Below are positions 7,640 to 16,501 of a stretch of DNA of 32,000 bases, one piece after another. The notes under the pieces are model-generated. The model saw only the letters and a program-made list of their open reading frames with translations, was not told the DNA's origin and searched no databases. Numbering within the stretch: position 1 is the first letter of the stretch; each line of letters starts with the position of its first letter. The position numbers were made by a program, and so were the translations under genes. The stretch covers positions 25,573-57,572 of the forward strand of contig NZ_JH378833.1 in NCBI RefSeq assembly GCF_000235445.1, written 5' to 3'. Source of the DNA: Johnsonella ignava ATCC 51276 (GTDB taxonomy: Bacteria; Bacillota; Clostridia; Lachnospirales; Lachnospiraceae).

Positions 7640-9787
7640 TTAAAACAGCATTGTAAGTCCTATCCTTTTTTTTGCAGCATCTATTTTAATTACCTTTACC
7701 TCAATTATATCCCCTATACTCAGCACCTCAAGCGGATGCTTTATATATTTGTCTGACATTTGAGATATATGTACCAACCCGTCCTGATGTACCCCTATAT
7801 CTATAAATGCACCGAAATCAATTACATTCCTTACAGTGCCCTTTAAAATCATGCCTTCCTTAAGATCATCAATACTAAGTACATCAGTCCTTAATATAGG
7901 TTTAGGCATCTCATCTCTAGGATCTCTGGCAGGTTTTTCAAGTTCATCAGCTATATCTGCCAAAGTTACTTCTCCTATGCCCAGCTCCTTTGAGATTTTT
8001 TTATAATCAACAATCTTTTTTGATATACCTTTTACACCGCCATGTTTAAGCTGTGAAAGCTCATATCCCAGTATTTTAAGCAGTTCCTTTGCCGCAGCAT
8101 ATGATTCGGGATGTACACTTGTAAAATCAAGCGGCTCATCCCCTGAAGATATTCTTAAAAATCCTGCACACTGCTCAAAAGATTTAGGTCCCAGCTTAGG
8201 TACTTTCAAAAGCTGTTTTCTTGTTTTAAAACCTCCGTTTTCCTCCCTGTAAGAAACTATATTTCTTGCTATAGTCTTATTTATACCCGAGATATATTCA
8301 AGGAGTGAAACCGATGCGGTATTTAAATCAACACCCACCTTATTTACACAATCTTCAACCACATTTACAAGAGTTTCATTCAAATACCTCTGGTTCATAT
8401 CGTGTTGGTACTGCCCTACACCTATTGATTTAGGATCTATCTTTACAAGTTCGGCAAGAGGATCCTGAACTCTCCTCGCTATTGATACCGCACTTCTTGC
8501 TCCTACATCAAAATGCGGAAATTCCTCGGCAGCAAGTTTACCGGCGGAATATACACTCGCTCCGGCTTCATTTACAATTATATATTTTATATCTTCACCA
8601 AGCTCTTTTAAAAAGCCGGCAATAAATGCCTCCGATTCTCTTGAAGCCGTTCCGTTTCCTACTGAAATAAGCGATATATTATGCTTTTTAATAAGCTTTT
8701 CCAGCACTTCTTTTGCTTCTTTAGTTTTATTTTGCGGTGCTGTTGGATATATCACAACCGTTTCAAGCACTTTACCGTTTTCATCTACAACAGCCAGTTT
8801 ACAGCCTGTTCTAAATGCCGGGTCCCAGCCCAAAACCACCTTTCCCTTTACCGGCGGCTGCATAAGAAGCTGTTTGAGATTTTCACCAAAAACCCTTATA
8901 GCCCCTGTTTCAGCCCTCAAAGTAAGTTCGTTTCTAATTTCTCTTTCAATAGCGGGCTGCATCAGTCTTTTATATGAATCTGAAACAGCCTCTTTTATAT
9001 AAGGCTCTGTGAAGCTGTTGTTATTTTTAATAATCTGTCTTTCAAGAAAATTAATTATTACATCTTCAGGGGTATTTATCTTTACATTAAGAACCTTTTC
9101 CTTTTCTCCCCTGTTTATGGCAAGAATCCTATGCCCTGCACATCTGCATGCACTTTCTTCAAAGCTGTAATAATTTTCATACACACTTGTCTCTTCTTTA
9201 TCTTTTGCCTGTGAGGATATAGTACCGTCCCTCATAATATCACGTCTTATCCTCGCCCTGAAATCCGCATTGTCAGAGATTTTTTCTGCAATTATATCAA
9301 GTGCGCCTGCGATTGCCGCCTTTTCATCTTCAACCTCCAACCCCTCTTTATCCGATATAAATGCAGCGGCAGCCTCTGTAACCGGGTATGTGATTTCCTG
9401 TGCAAGTATTATATCCGAAAGCCCTTCAAGCCCTTTTTCCCTTGCTGTCGAAGCCCTTGTCCTTTTTTTAGGTCTGTAAGGTCTGTAAAGATCCTCAACT
9501 TCAACTAAGGCGGAGGCATTTAAAATACGATTTTTAAGCTCATCGTCCAAAACTCCCTGCTCATCAAGAGCCGCTATAACCTGTTCCATCCTTTCAGACA
9601 GATTTCTAAGCTGCCCAAGCCTTTCATTCAGATTCCTTAAAACCTCATCATTTAAAGAGCCTGTCATTTCTTTCCTATACCTTGCTATAAAAGGTATTGT
9701 ATTGCCTTCATCAATTAATTTGACTGCCGCCTGCACCTGTGAGGTTTTTACATCAAGCTCACAGGCTAATATATTTACTATGTCCAT
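7640..9787 (-). CDS. tex: Tex-like transcription accessory protein (S1 RNA-binding domain protein)
   Basis: 715 aa. N-terminal IPFIARYRKEMTGSL, a central YqgF/HhH region, and a C-terminal S1 domain GTVRNVIDFGAFIDIGVHQDGLVHISQM. Confidence 0.93.
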   Translation of the reverse strand: MDIVNILACELDVKTSQVQAAVKLIDEGNTIPFIARYRKEMTGSLNDEVLRNLNERLGQLRNLSERMEQVIAALDEQGVLDDELKNRILNASALVEVEDLYRPYRPKKRTRASTAREKGLEGLSDIILAQEITYPVTEAAAAFISDKEGLEVEDEKAAIAGALDIIAEKISDNADFRARIRRDIMRDGTISSQAKDKEETSVYENYYSFEESACRCAGHRILAINRGEKEKVLNVKINTPEDVIINFLERQIIKNNNSFTEPYIKEAVSDSYKRLMQPAIEREIRNELTLRAETGAIRVFGENLKQLLMQPPVKGKVVLGWDPAFRTGCKLAVVDENGKVLETVVIYPTAPQNKTKEAKEVLEKLIKKHNISLISVGNGTASRESEAFIAGFLKELGEDIKYIIVNEAGASVYSAGKLAAEEFPHFDVGARSAVSIARRVQDPLAELVKIDPKSIGVGQYQHDMNQRYLNETLVNVVEDCVNKVGVDLNTASVSLLEYISGINKTIARNIVSYREENGGFKTRKQLLKVPKLGPKSFEQCAGFLRISSGDEPLDFTSVHPESYAAAKELLKILGYELSQLKHGGVKGISKKIVDYKKISKELGIGEVTLADIADELEKPARDPRDEMPKPILRTDVLSIDDLKEGMILKGTVRNVIDFGAFIDIGVHQDGLVHISQMSDKYIKHPLEVLSIGDIIEVKVIKIDAAKKRIGLTMLF

Positions 9788-9823
9788 AATACTTCCAAAA
9801 ATACAGATTTTTTGTGGCTTTTT

Positions 9824-11035
9824 CTAGATCCTTGCCCTTATAAATTTAATCATCCCTTTTGTACCTTCAAGTACAGCTTTAAAATCTTTTTCTCTCATAT
9901 ATCCTGTTAATATAGCAAATTCATCCTTGCCCTCAAGATAGACTGATCTTGATTTACCAAATGCCCTCTCACAGTGAGCTATATCTTCCTCATTTCTTCC
10001 CTGAAACCTTACAAAATACCGGTGTGAGGTCTTGTCCATATCTTCAACATAAGCTCTTTCTTCAGACCAGTATGGCTTAAAACCGTTGTTTTTCTTAAAA
10101 ACTGAAAGTACATCTGCTACAACTGCACTTGCAGTGGGATATTTCCCTGCACCGCTTCCGTAAAACATAGTTTTTCCAAGTGTATGACCTTCAATCATCA
10201 CTGCATTATAAACCGACTTAACCATATAAAGCGGATCTGATGATGATATTATCATAGGACATACATAGGAATAAAGTTTTCCGTCATCTATAAACATCCC
10301 TCCAAAAAGTTTTATAGATGTGCCCATCTTTTGTGCATACTCAAAATCTATCTTATCAACCTTTGTAATACCCTCAGTATATATATCCTCATAAGCCACC
10401 TCCAGTCCGGTAGCTATTGAAGCAAGTATTGCAACCTTGCGACAGGTGTCATAGCCTTCCACATCAGCTTCAGGCTCTCTTTCAGCATAACCGTATTCCT
10501 GGGCGGCACCAAGTGCATCCTCAAATTCAGAACCCTCCTGATCCATCTTTGTAAGTATGTAATTAGTTGTACCGTTAAGTATGCCTGAAATTTCCTTTAT
10601 ATTTTCCCCTGCAAGTGATGAAAAAAGTCCTCTTATTATAGGTATACCTCCGCCTACACTTGCCTCAAATAAAAAGTTTACTCCACATTCATGTGCTATT
10701 TTCAAAAGTTCGGTTCCATGTGCGGCAACTACCGCTTTATTGGCTGTTACTACATGTTTTTTAGCAAGCAAGCTCCTTTTTATATACTCATATGCCGGAG
10801 TTGTACCTCCCATAGTCTCAACTACAAGTTCTATCTCAGGATCTTCTTCAATTTTTTCAAACTCTTTAACAATCTTTTTTGAAATATCATTCTCCGAAAA
10901 AAGCCGCCTGCCAAGTATTGTTTTTACCTCTATATCCTCCCCGAGTTTTCGATTTATAAGCTCACGATTCTTTTCCAATATCTCATAAACCCCGGAACCT
11001 ACGGTTCCAAAACCCATTATTGCAATCTTTATCAT
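9824..11035 (-). CDS. hom: Homoserine dehydrogenase
   Basis: NAD-binding IAIMGFGTVGSGV, then VVTANK, and a C-terminal ACT-like regulatory region. I prefer the ATG at 11035 (MIKIAIMGFG) because SD AAGGAAG lies upstream. The ORF-track start at 11044 is a GTG overlapping the upstream stop. Confidence 0.92.
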   Translation of the reverse strand: MIKIAIMGFGTVGSGVYEILEKNRELINRKLGEDIEVKTILGRRLFSENDISKKIVKEFEKIEEDPEIELVVETMGGTTPAYEYIKRSLLAKKHVVTANKAVVAAHGTELLKIAHECGVNFLFEASVGGGIPIIRGLFSSLAGENIKEISGILNGTTNYILTKMDQEGSEFEDALGAAQEYGYAEREPEADVEGYDTCRKVAILASIATGLEVAYEDIYTEGITKVDKIDFEYAQKMGTSIKLFGGMFIDDGKLYSYVCPMIISSSDPLYMVKSVYNAVMIEGHTLGKTMFYGSGAGKYPTASAVVADVLSVFKKNNGFKPYWSEERAYVEDMDKTSHRYFVRFQGRNEEDIAHCERAFGKSRSVYLEGKDEFAILTGYMREKDFKAVLEGTKGMIKFIRARI

Positions 11036-11040
11036 ATCTA

Positions 11041-11484
11041 TCACTTCCTTGCAAGTATTTTTACATCATATATTCCGCTGCAGTCTTCAATATCTCTTAT
11101 CATATTATCTATATTTCCCGTTTCTTCAAGCACCTCCACTGACAATGAAATTGAAGCCACTCCGTTAACAGGTATTGACTGGTGTATTGTCAATATATTT
11201 GCATTAAAATCAGCCACAAGATGCAAAAGTTCGGACAATAATCCAGGTTTATCAAGCATCTGCATGGCAATTGTAAGTGTCTTTCCTTTTAAATCATCAT
11301 AAAAAGGAAGGATATCATCTTTATATTTATAATATGAGCTCCTGCTTAAGCCGCATCTTTGCACTGCTTCAGTTATTCTTAAATTTTTATCCAAGTCAAG
11401 AAGACGTTTAACCTCAAGCACTTTCACAAGCACCTCAGGCACCGCCCTTTTTTTTACAAGATAGTATTTACTTTCTATCGTCAT
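11041..11484 (-). CDS. ACT domain-containing protein (UPF0735/PheB-like)
   Basis: N-terminal HTH-like segment (ITEAVQRCGLSRSSYYKYKD) plus an ACT domain (LTIAMQMLDKPGLLSELLHLV). I prefer the ATG at 11484 (MTIESKYY), preceded by GGGAGGGG and a 7-nt spacer. The ORF-track start at 11517 lacks an SD. Confidence 0.8.
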   Translation of the reverse strand: MTIESKYYLVKKRAVPEVLVKVLEVKRLLDLDKNLRITEAVQRCGLSRSSYYKYKDDILPFYDDLKGKTLTIAMQMLDKPGLLSELLHLVADFNANILTIHQSIPVNGVASISLSVEVLEETGNIDNMIRDIEDCSGIYDVKILARK

Positions 11485-11590
11485 ATATTTTCCCCTCCCA
11501 AAAAATAAACACGCCAATTAGGCTGCGTCGCCATACATACAGCAAACACCGGATGCAGCCTTTATTAATAAAAATCCTATGACCATATTC

Positions 11591-12731
11591 CTAATCAATA
11601 CCGCTATCATCAGTTCTCTTAGGAGACCCCAAACTCAACCATGTAAGATAGGCACTTATGAAATCATCGATCCCTCCGTCAAGCACAGCGGATACGTTTG
11701 AACTTTCACATGCAGTCCGATGATCTTTTACCATAGTATACGGCTGCATAACATACGAACGTATCTGACTGCTCCAACCTATCTCCTTTACATCTCCCCT
11801 TATATCAGAGAGCTTTTCAACATTAGCCTGCTGTTTTATTATCAGAAGTTTTGCCTTAAGGATCTGGAGCGCCTTTTCTTTATTTCTGAGCTGGCTCCTT
11901 TCATTCTGACACTGCACCACAACTCCTGTGGGTATATGTGTCATCCTGACGGCGGAAGATGTCTTATTGACATGCTGTCCACCTGCACCGCTTGCTCTAA
12001 AGGTATCAATTTTTATATCATCGGGATTTAAATCTATATCAATATCTTCCTCTATATCAGGCATCACATCACATGATACAAATGAAGTCTGTCTTTTCCC
12101 TGCCGCATTAAACGGTGAGATCCTTACAAGCCTGTGTATGCCGTGTTCACCTTTTAAATAGCCATAGGCATTTTCACCATTTACCTGTACAGTAACTGAT
12201 TTAATGCCTGCCTCCTCACCGTCAAGAAAATCAAGCACTTCTATGCTGTATGATTTTGATTGTGCCCATCTTGTATACATTCTGTAAAGTATGCTGCACC
12301 AATCGCAGGCTTCGGTCCCGCCAACACCTGCATTAAGCTTGATTATAGCCGAACAGCTGTCATAAGGACCTGAAAGCAGCGTTTTTGTCTTTACCTCATC
12401 AAGTTTTTCACCCAGTTCATTTATAAGATTTTCTATCTCTCCAAGTACTGTCCTGTCCTCTTCCTCATAGCCAAGCTCTATAAGTACCTCTATCTCTTCA
12501 TAAAGATTTTCAAGATTTTTATATTCCTCTATACCGGCTTTAAGATTTTTTAATTCTCTGAGTGTTTTTGTCGAACTCTCGGAGTTCTCCCAAAACCCCG
12601 GTTCTTCCATTGCTTTATTTAATTCATCTATACGCCTTGACTTGTTTTCAAGGTCAAAGTGAATCCCTCACTTCCGCCAATGGTTTCTGATAAGTTGACC
12701 AAATATATTTAAATTGATCTAGTTCAACCAC
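11591..12731 (-). CDS. prfB: Peptide chain release factor 2, expressed through a programmed +1 ribosomal frameshift
   Basis: Frame B (11591..12653) carries the RF2-specific SPF motif (RISPFNAAGKRQTSF) and the GGQ motif (SGAGGQHVNKT). Frame A encodes a leader of about 25 aa (VVELDQFKYIWSTYQKPLAEVRDSL) ending at CTT TGA C (12659..12653). The start is either the GTG at 12731 (SD GAAGGTGA) or the ATG at 12749. Confidence 0.93.
12653..12669 (-). promoter_or_regulatory. prfB +1 frameshift site: internal SD-like GAGGGA plus slippery/stop CTT TGA C
   Basis: The minus strand reads GAGGGATTCACTTTGAC. Shifting +1 at CTT-T reads GAC CTT GAA AAC.. = DLENKSRRIDELNKAMEEPGFW, which joins the long ORF. Confidence 0.9.
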
Positions 12732-12810
12732 GGTTTCACCTTCTTTCATATTTTTATAATATAAATAATTTCCGATAGTCTGTTAATCCGGAATTATTTT
12801 ATGCAATAAA

Positions 12811-15381
12811 CTAATTACCCCTTCCGCAGCACTGTTTATATTTTTTTCCGCTTCCACATGGGCACGGATCATTAGGATAGGGTTTTGCATCTTTTTTCCT
12901 TATAGGAGTTTTTGCAAGCGAATCATCCTTATTTGTACCTGTAATCTCTGCAGCAGGTTCTCTTTCAACACTCTGCTCAATCCTTGCATGATAAAGCAGT
13001 TTTACAGTATCTTCAGTTATACCTGCGGTCATCTCGTCAAACATCTCATATGCACTTATCTTATATTCAACTAACGGATCTCTTTGTCCAAGCGACTGAA
13101 GTCCTATGCCCTGACGCAGCTGTTCCATATCGTCTATATGGTTCATCCATTTATTGTCTATGACTTTAAGAAGTACAAACCTCTCAAGCTCACGAACCTG
13201 ATCACCTGAAGGAAACTCCGCTTCCTTTTCTTCATAAAGCTTTACCGCCTCCTCTTTAAGCCTGTGTGCAAGCTCATTCTTTTTCATAGACTCCATATCT
13301 TCTTCATATTTTACAGGCTTTAAAGGGATAATGGGTATAAGAAGCTCATTTAATTCCTTATAATCCCAGTTTTGCGGAGTTAAATCATCAGAGATAGACA
13401 TATCGACCGCATGCTCAACTATGTCATTTACCATCCTCATAATAGTAGGACGCATATTATCGCCCTCAAGAACCTTATTTCTCTCCTCATATATAACTTC
13501 CCTCTGCTCATTATTTACCTCATCATACTTAAGCAGATTCTCACGAATGCCGTAGTTATTATTTTCTATCTTCATCTGTGCTCTTTCAATGGCATTTGAA
13601 AGCATCCTGTGTTCTATCTGCTCACCGTCAGGCACACCCAGAGATTCAAATATCTTTATAAGCCTTTCTGAACCGAAAAGTCTCATAAGATCATCTTCAA
13701 GTGATATATAAAACCTTGATTCTCCCGGATCTCCCTGACGACCGGAACGACCTCTCAGCTGATTATCAATACGTCTCGCCTCATGCCTTTCAGTACCTAT
13801 TATCTTAAGTCCTCCTGCAAGTTTGGCATCACTGTCAAGCTGTATATCAGTACCTCTTCCTGCCATATTTGTCGCTATGGTAACAGCACCGTGTGCTCCG
13901 GCACCGGCAACTATCTCAGCCTCTTTTTCATGGAATTTTGCATTTAAGACTGTATGTGCAACACCCTCTTTTTTAAGCATACCTGAAAGCATCTCAGAGG
14001 TCTCAATTGTAATTGTACCTACAAGTACAGGTTGTCCTTTTTCATGTGTCGCCTTTATATCCTCAATCACAGCCTTAAATTTTTCTTTTTTACTTTTATA
14101 AACGGCATCTTCATGGTCTACCCTTATTACAGGTACATTTGTAGGGATGGCAATTACATCCATACCGTAAGTATTTCTAAATTCCTTTTCTTCAGTAAGT
14201 GCAGTACCGGTCATACCGGCTTTTTTAGTAAACTTATTAAAGAAATTCTGGAAAGTTATAGTCGCAAGAGTCTTTGACTCTCTTCTGACATTTACATGTT
14301 CCTTTGCCTCTATTGCCTGATGTAACCCGTCAGAATACCGCCTGCCCGGCATTATACGACCTGTAAATTCATCAACTATAAGAACCTCTCCGTCCTTTAC
14401 TACATAATCCTTATCACGAAACATCAGATTATTTGCACGCAGTGCAAGTATTATGCCGTGCTGTATTTCAAGATTATCGGCATCTGCAAGATTCTCTATA
14501 TTGAAGAATTTTTCAACTTTTGCAACACCTTCTTCAGTAAGGTTCACAACCTTATCTTTTTCATTTACTATAAAATCACCGGTTTCTTCTATATCTTCAC
14601 CCATTATAGCATTCATTTTTGTAAACTCGCCGCTTGCTTCACCTCTTTCAAGCTGCAGTGCACATATATTGCATACTTCATATATCTTTGTAGATTTGCC
14701 TGACTGACCTGATATTATAAGAGGAGTTCTGGCTTCATCTATAAGTACTGAATCGACCTCATCTATAATTGCATATTCAAGCCCTCTTAAAACTCTTTGA
14801 TCTTTATAAGCAGCCATGTTGTCCCTAAGATAGTCAAACCCCAGCTCATTATTTGTAACATATGTTATATCACAGGCATACTGTGCCTTTCTTTCAACGC
14901 TGTCCATATGATTAAGCACCACACCTACACTAAGACCTAAAAATCTGTGAATTTCACCCATCCATTCGGCATCACGATTTGCAAGATAATCATTTACCGT
15001 AACTATATGTACCGGTTTGCCTGAAAGTGCATTTAGATAAGCCGGACATGTTGATACAAGAGTTTTTCCCTCACCGGTCCTCATTTCGGCTATACGCCCT
15101 TGATGAATTACTACACCTCCTATAAGCTGTACCGGAAAGTGCTCCATATTGCGTACTCGTCTTGCCGCTTCCCTGACAGTAGCATACGCTTCAGGAAGTA
15201 TGTCATCAAGAGTTTCTCCTGCAGCAAGCCTCTCTTTAAACTTTACGGTATTTTCCTTAAGCTCATCATCAGTAAGTTTTACCATCGTTTCTTTTAATGC
15301 TTCAATTTTTTTGACTGTGGGGTCTATTATCTTAAGTTCCCTTTCACTATGTGTTCCGAATATCTTTTCTATTAAATTCAT
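12811..15381 (-). CDS. secA: Preprotein translocase ATPase SecA
   Basis: 856 aa. Motifs seen: Walker [38 protein letters not shown], and the C-terminal zinc-binding tail [14 protein letters not shown]. Confidence 0.97.
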   Translation of the reverse strand: MNLIEKIFGTHSERELKIIDPTVKKIEALKETMVKLTDDELKENTVKFKERLAAGETLDDILPEAYATVREAARRVRNMEHFPVQLIGGVVIHQGRIAEMRTGEGKTLVSTCPAYLNALSGKPVHIVTVNDYLANRDAEWMGEIHRFLGLSVGVVLNHMDSVERKAQYACDITYVTNNELGFDYLRDNMAAYKDQRVLRGLEYAIIDEVDSVLIDEARTPLIISGQSGKSTKIYEVCNICALQLERGEASGEFTKMNAIMGEDIEETGDFIVNEKDKVVNLTEEGVAKVEKFFNIENLADADNLEIQHGIILALRANNLMFRDKDYVVKDGEVLIVDEFTGRIMPGRRYSDGLHQAIEAKEHVNVRRESKTLATITFQNFFNKFTKKAGMTGTALTEEKEFRNTYGMDVIAIPTNVPVIRVDHEDAVYKSKKEKFKAVIEDIKATHEKGQPVLVGTITIETSEMLSGMLKKEGVAHTVLNAKFHEKEAEIVAGAGAHGAVTIATNMAGRGTDIQLDSDAKLAGGLKIIGTERHEARRIDNQLRGRSGRQGDPGESRFYISLEDDLMRLFGSERLIKIFESLGVPDGEQIEHRMLSNAIERAQMKIENNNYGIRENLLKYDEVNNEQREVIYEERNKVLEGDNMRPTIMRMVNDIVEHAVDMSISDDLTPQNWDYKELNELLIPIIPLKPVKYEEDMESMKKNELAHRLKEEAVKLYEEKEAEFPSGDQVRELERFVLLKVIDNKWMNHIDDMEQLRQGIGLQSLGQRDPLVEYKISAYEMFDEMTAGITEDTVKLLYHARIEQSVEREPAAEITGTNKDDSLAKTPIRKKDAKPYPNDPCPCGSGKKYKQCCGRGN

Positions 15382-15531
15382 TTAATTTATCTCCATGTAT
15401 TTTTAAAACTGTTCTAAAATATTTTCATAAAATAATAATGCAGCATTTATCTGCAGTGCAATGTGTGAAAGTATATTTTGTATATTCACGCATAACTAAC
15501 CTGTATATTTTATCACTTGAGGAGATTAACT

Positions 15532-15591
15532 TCAATCTAAAGTCGATGAATTAATAAAAAATTTACACTTATTTAATTTTCGTAAAAACAT
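15532..15591 (-). CDS. Candidate 19-codon upstream ORF in the secA leader (MFLRKLNKCKFFINSSTLD)
   Basis: GGGAGG (15602..15597) lies 5 nt upstream of the ATG at 15591, with a TGA stop at 15534..15532. The ORF sits about 35 nt downstream of a predicted promoter and 150 nt upstream of secA. There is no homology evidence. The call rests on the strong SD and the position only. Confidence 0.3.
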   Translation of the reverse strand: MFLRKLNKCKFFINSSTLD

Positions 15592-15627
15592 AAATGCCTC
15601 CCTGAAAGTCAAAATATTTGAATCAAG

Positions 15628-15655
15628 TATATAATTATAGATATATTTATGTCAA
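15628..15655 (-). promoter_or_regulatory. Candidate sigma-A promoter for the secA leader transcript
   Basis: The minus strand reads TTGACA (15655..15650), a 16-nt spacer, then TATATA (15633..15628). Confidence 0.4.
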
Positions 15656-15793
15656 TGTGCTTTCTTTTAAAATTTTAAAAACCTCCAAAAAATCTCTCCT
15701 AAACCTATTATACAAATAAAAACTGATTTAATATGTAATTTAGTATATATACTATAAAAGCTTTTGATGAATAGTTAAGAACTTGCGGTTTTA

Positions 15794-15822
15794 TTGTGCT
15801 TTGGTACATTATATGCTATAAT
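15794..15822 (+). promoter_or_regulatory. Candidate sigma-A promoter for hpf
   Basis: TTGTGC (15794-15799), a 17-nt spacer, then TATAAT (15817-15822) preceded by TGC (extended -10). It lies about 35 nt upstream of the hpf ATG. Confidence 0.5.
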
Positions 15823-15857
15823 ATAAATATAAAAAATAACGAAAGGAGTTTGTATAT

Positions 15858-16391
15858 ATGCGTTACATTATTACAGGTAAGAATATAGAGGTTACACCGT
15901 CTCTTAGGGAAGCAGTTAAGCATAAGTTTTCAAAGCTTGAAAAGTACTTTACTGATGATACTGAAGTAAGGGCTACCCTTATAGTTCAAAAAGACAGCCA
16001 GAAGATAGAGGTTACAATCCCTACAAATAAAGGCTTTATCCGTGCTGAACAGGAGAGTCAGGATATGTATTCAAGTATAGATGCAATCCAGGACATAATA
16101 GAGAAACAGATTAAGCGATATAAAAATAAACTTGTTGATAAAAAACACGATGTCATTCCTTTTTCAGATTTTTTCCTTAAGGAAGATTATGATACAGAAG
16201 AAAGTGATGAGATAAATATCGCTAAAATCAAAAGGTTCAGTATTAAACCTATGGATGCTGAAGAAGCATGTCTCCAGATGGAACTTCTTAACCATAGTTT
16301 TTATGTATTTATAAACTCTGAAACCGGCAGCGTAAGTGTTGTTTATAAAAGAAAAAACGGAACCTACGGGCTTATTGAGCCGGAATTTTGA
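15858..16391 (+). CDS. hpf: Ribosome hibernation promoting factor, long form
   Basis: 177 aa. SD GAAAGGAG is present. The N-terminal RaiA/YfiA-type domain begins MRYIITGKNIEVTPSLREAV. The C-terminal dimerisation domain is KPMDAEEACLQMELLNHSFYVFINSETGSVSVVYKRKNGTYGLIEP. Confidence 0.93.
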   Translation: MRYIITGKNIEVTPSLREAVKHKFSKLEKYFTDDTEVRATLIVQKDSQKIEVTIPTNKGFIRAEQESQDMYSSIDAIQDIIEKQIKRYKNKLVDKKHDVIPFSDFFLKEDYDTEESDEINIAKIKRFSIKPMDAEEACLQMELLNHSFYVFINSETGSVSVVYKRKNGTYGLIEPEF

Positions 16392-16501
16392 TAGACCGTA
16401 TTTATCAGAAAATTGTTTTATAATTTAAATTGCGTTCTGTTAAAACATAATTTAACAGTTCCTGGTTATTATATATTATATTTAAAAACTCAGGAGGATC
16501 T

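Noticed and set aside
10581-10988. 135-aa ORF antisense to hom. Similar long antisense ORFs occur in secA (13823..14101, 14453..14707, 15149..15385), tex (9270..9479) and the surface protein gene (19451..19954).
   Set aside because: All lie opposite strongly supported conserved genes, have Ser/Ile/Phe-rich composition typical of antisense frames in AT-rich DNA, and lack SDs.
11485-11517. Longer N-terminus (MACLFFGRGKY..) for the ACT-domain protein, as in the ORF track
   Set aside because: The GGGAGGGG SD lies inside this extension and is correctly spaced for the ATG at 11484, so the upstream ATG is unlikely to be used.
11521-11560. Hairpin GGCTGCGTC..GGATGCAGCC after prfB as an intrinsic terminator
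   Set aside because: The stem is plausible, but on the transcribed (minus) strand it is not followed directly by a U-tract, and the loop is about 20 nt. Too weak to call, and read-through into the ACT-hom genes is equally likely.
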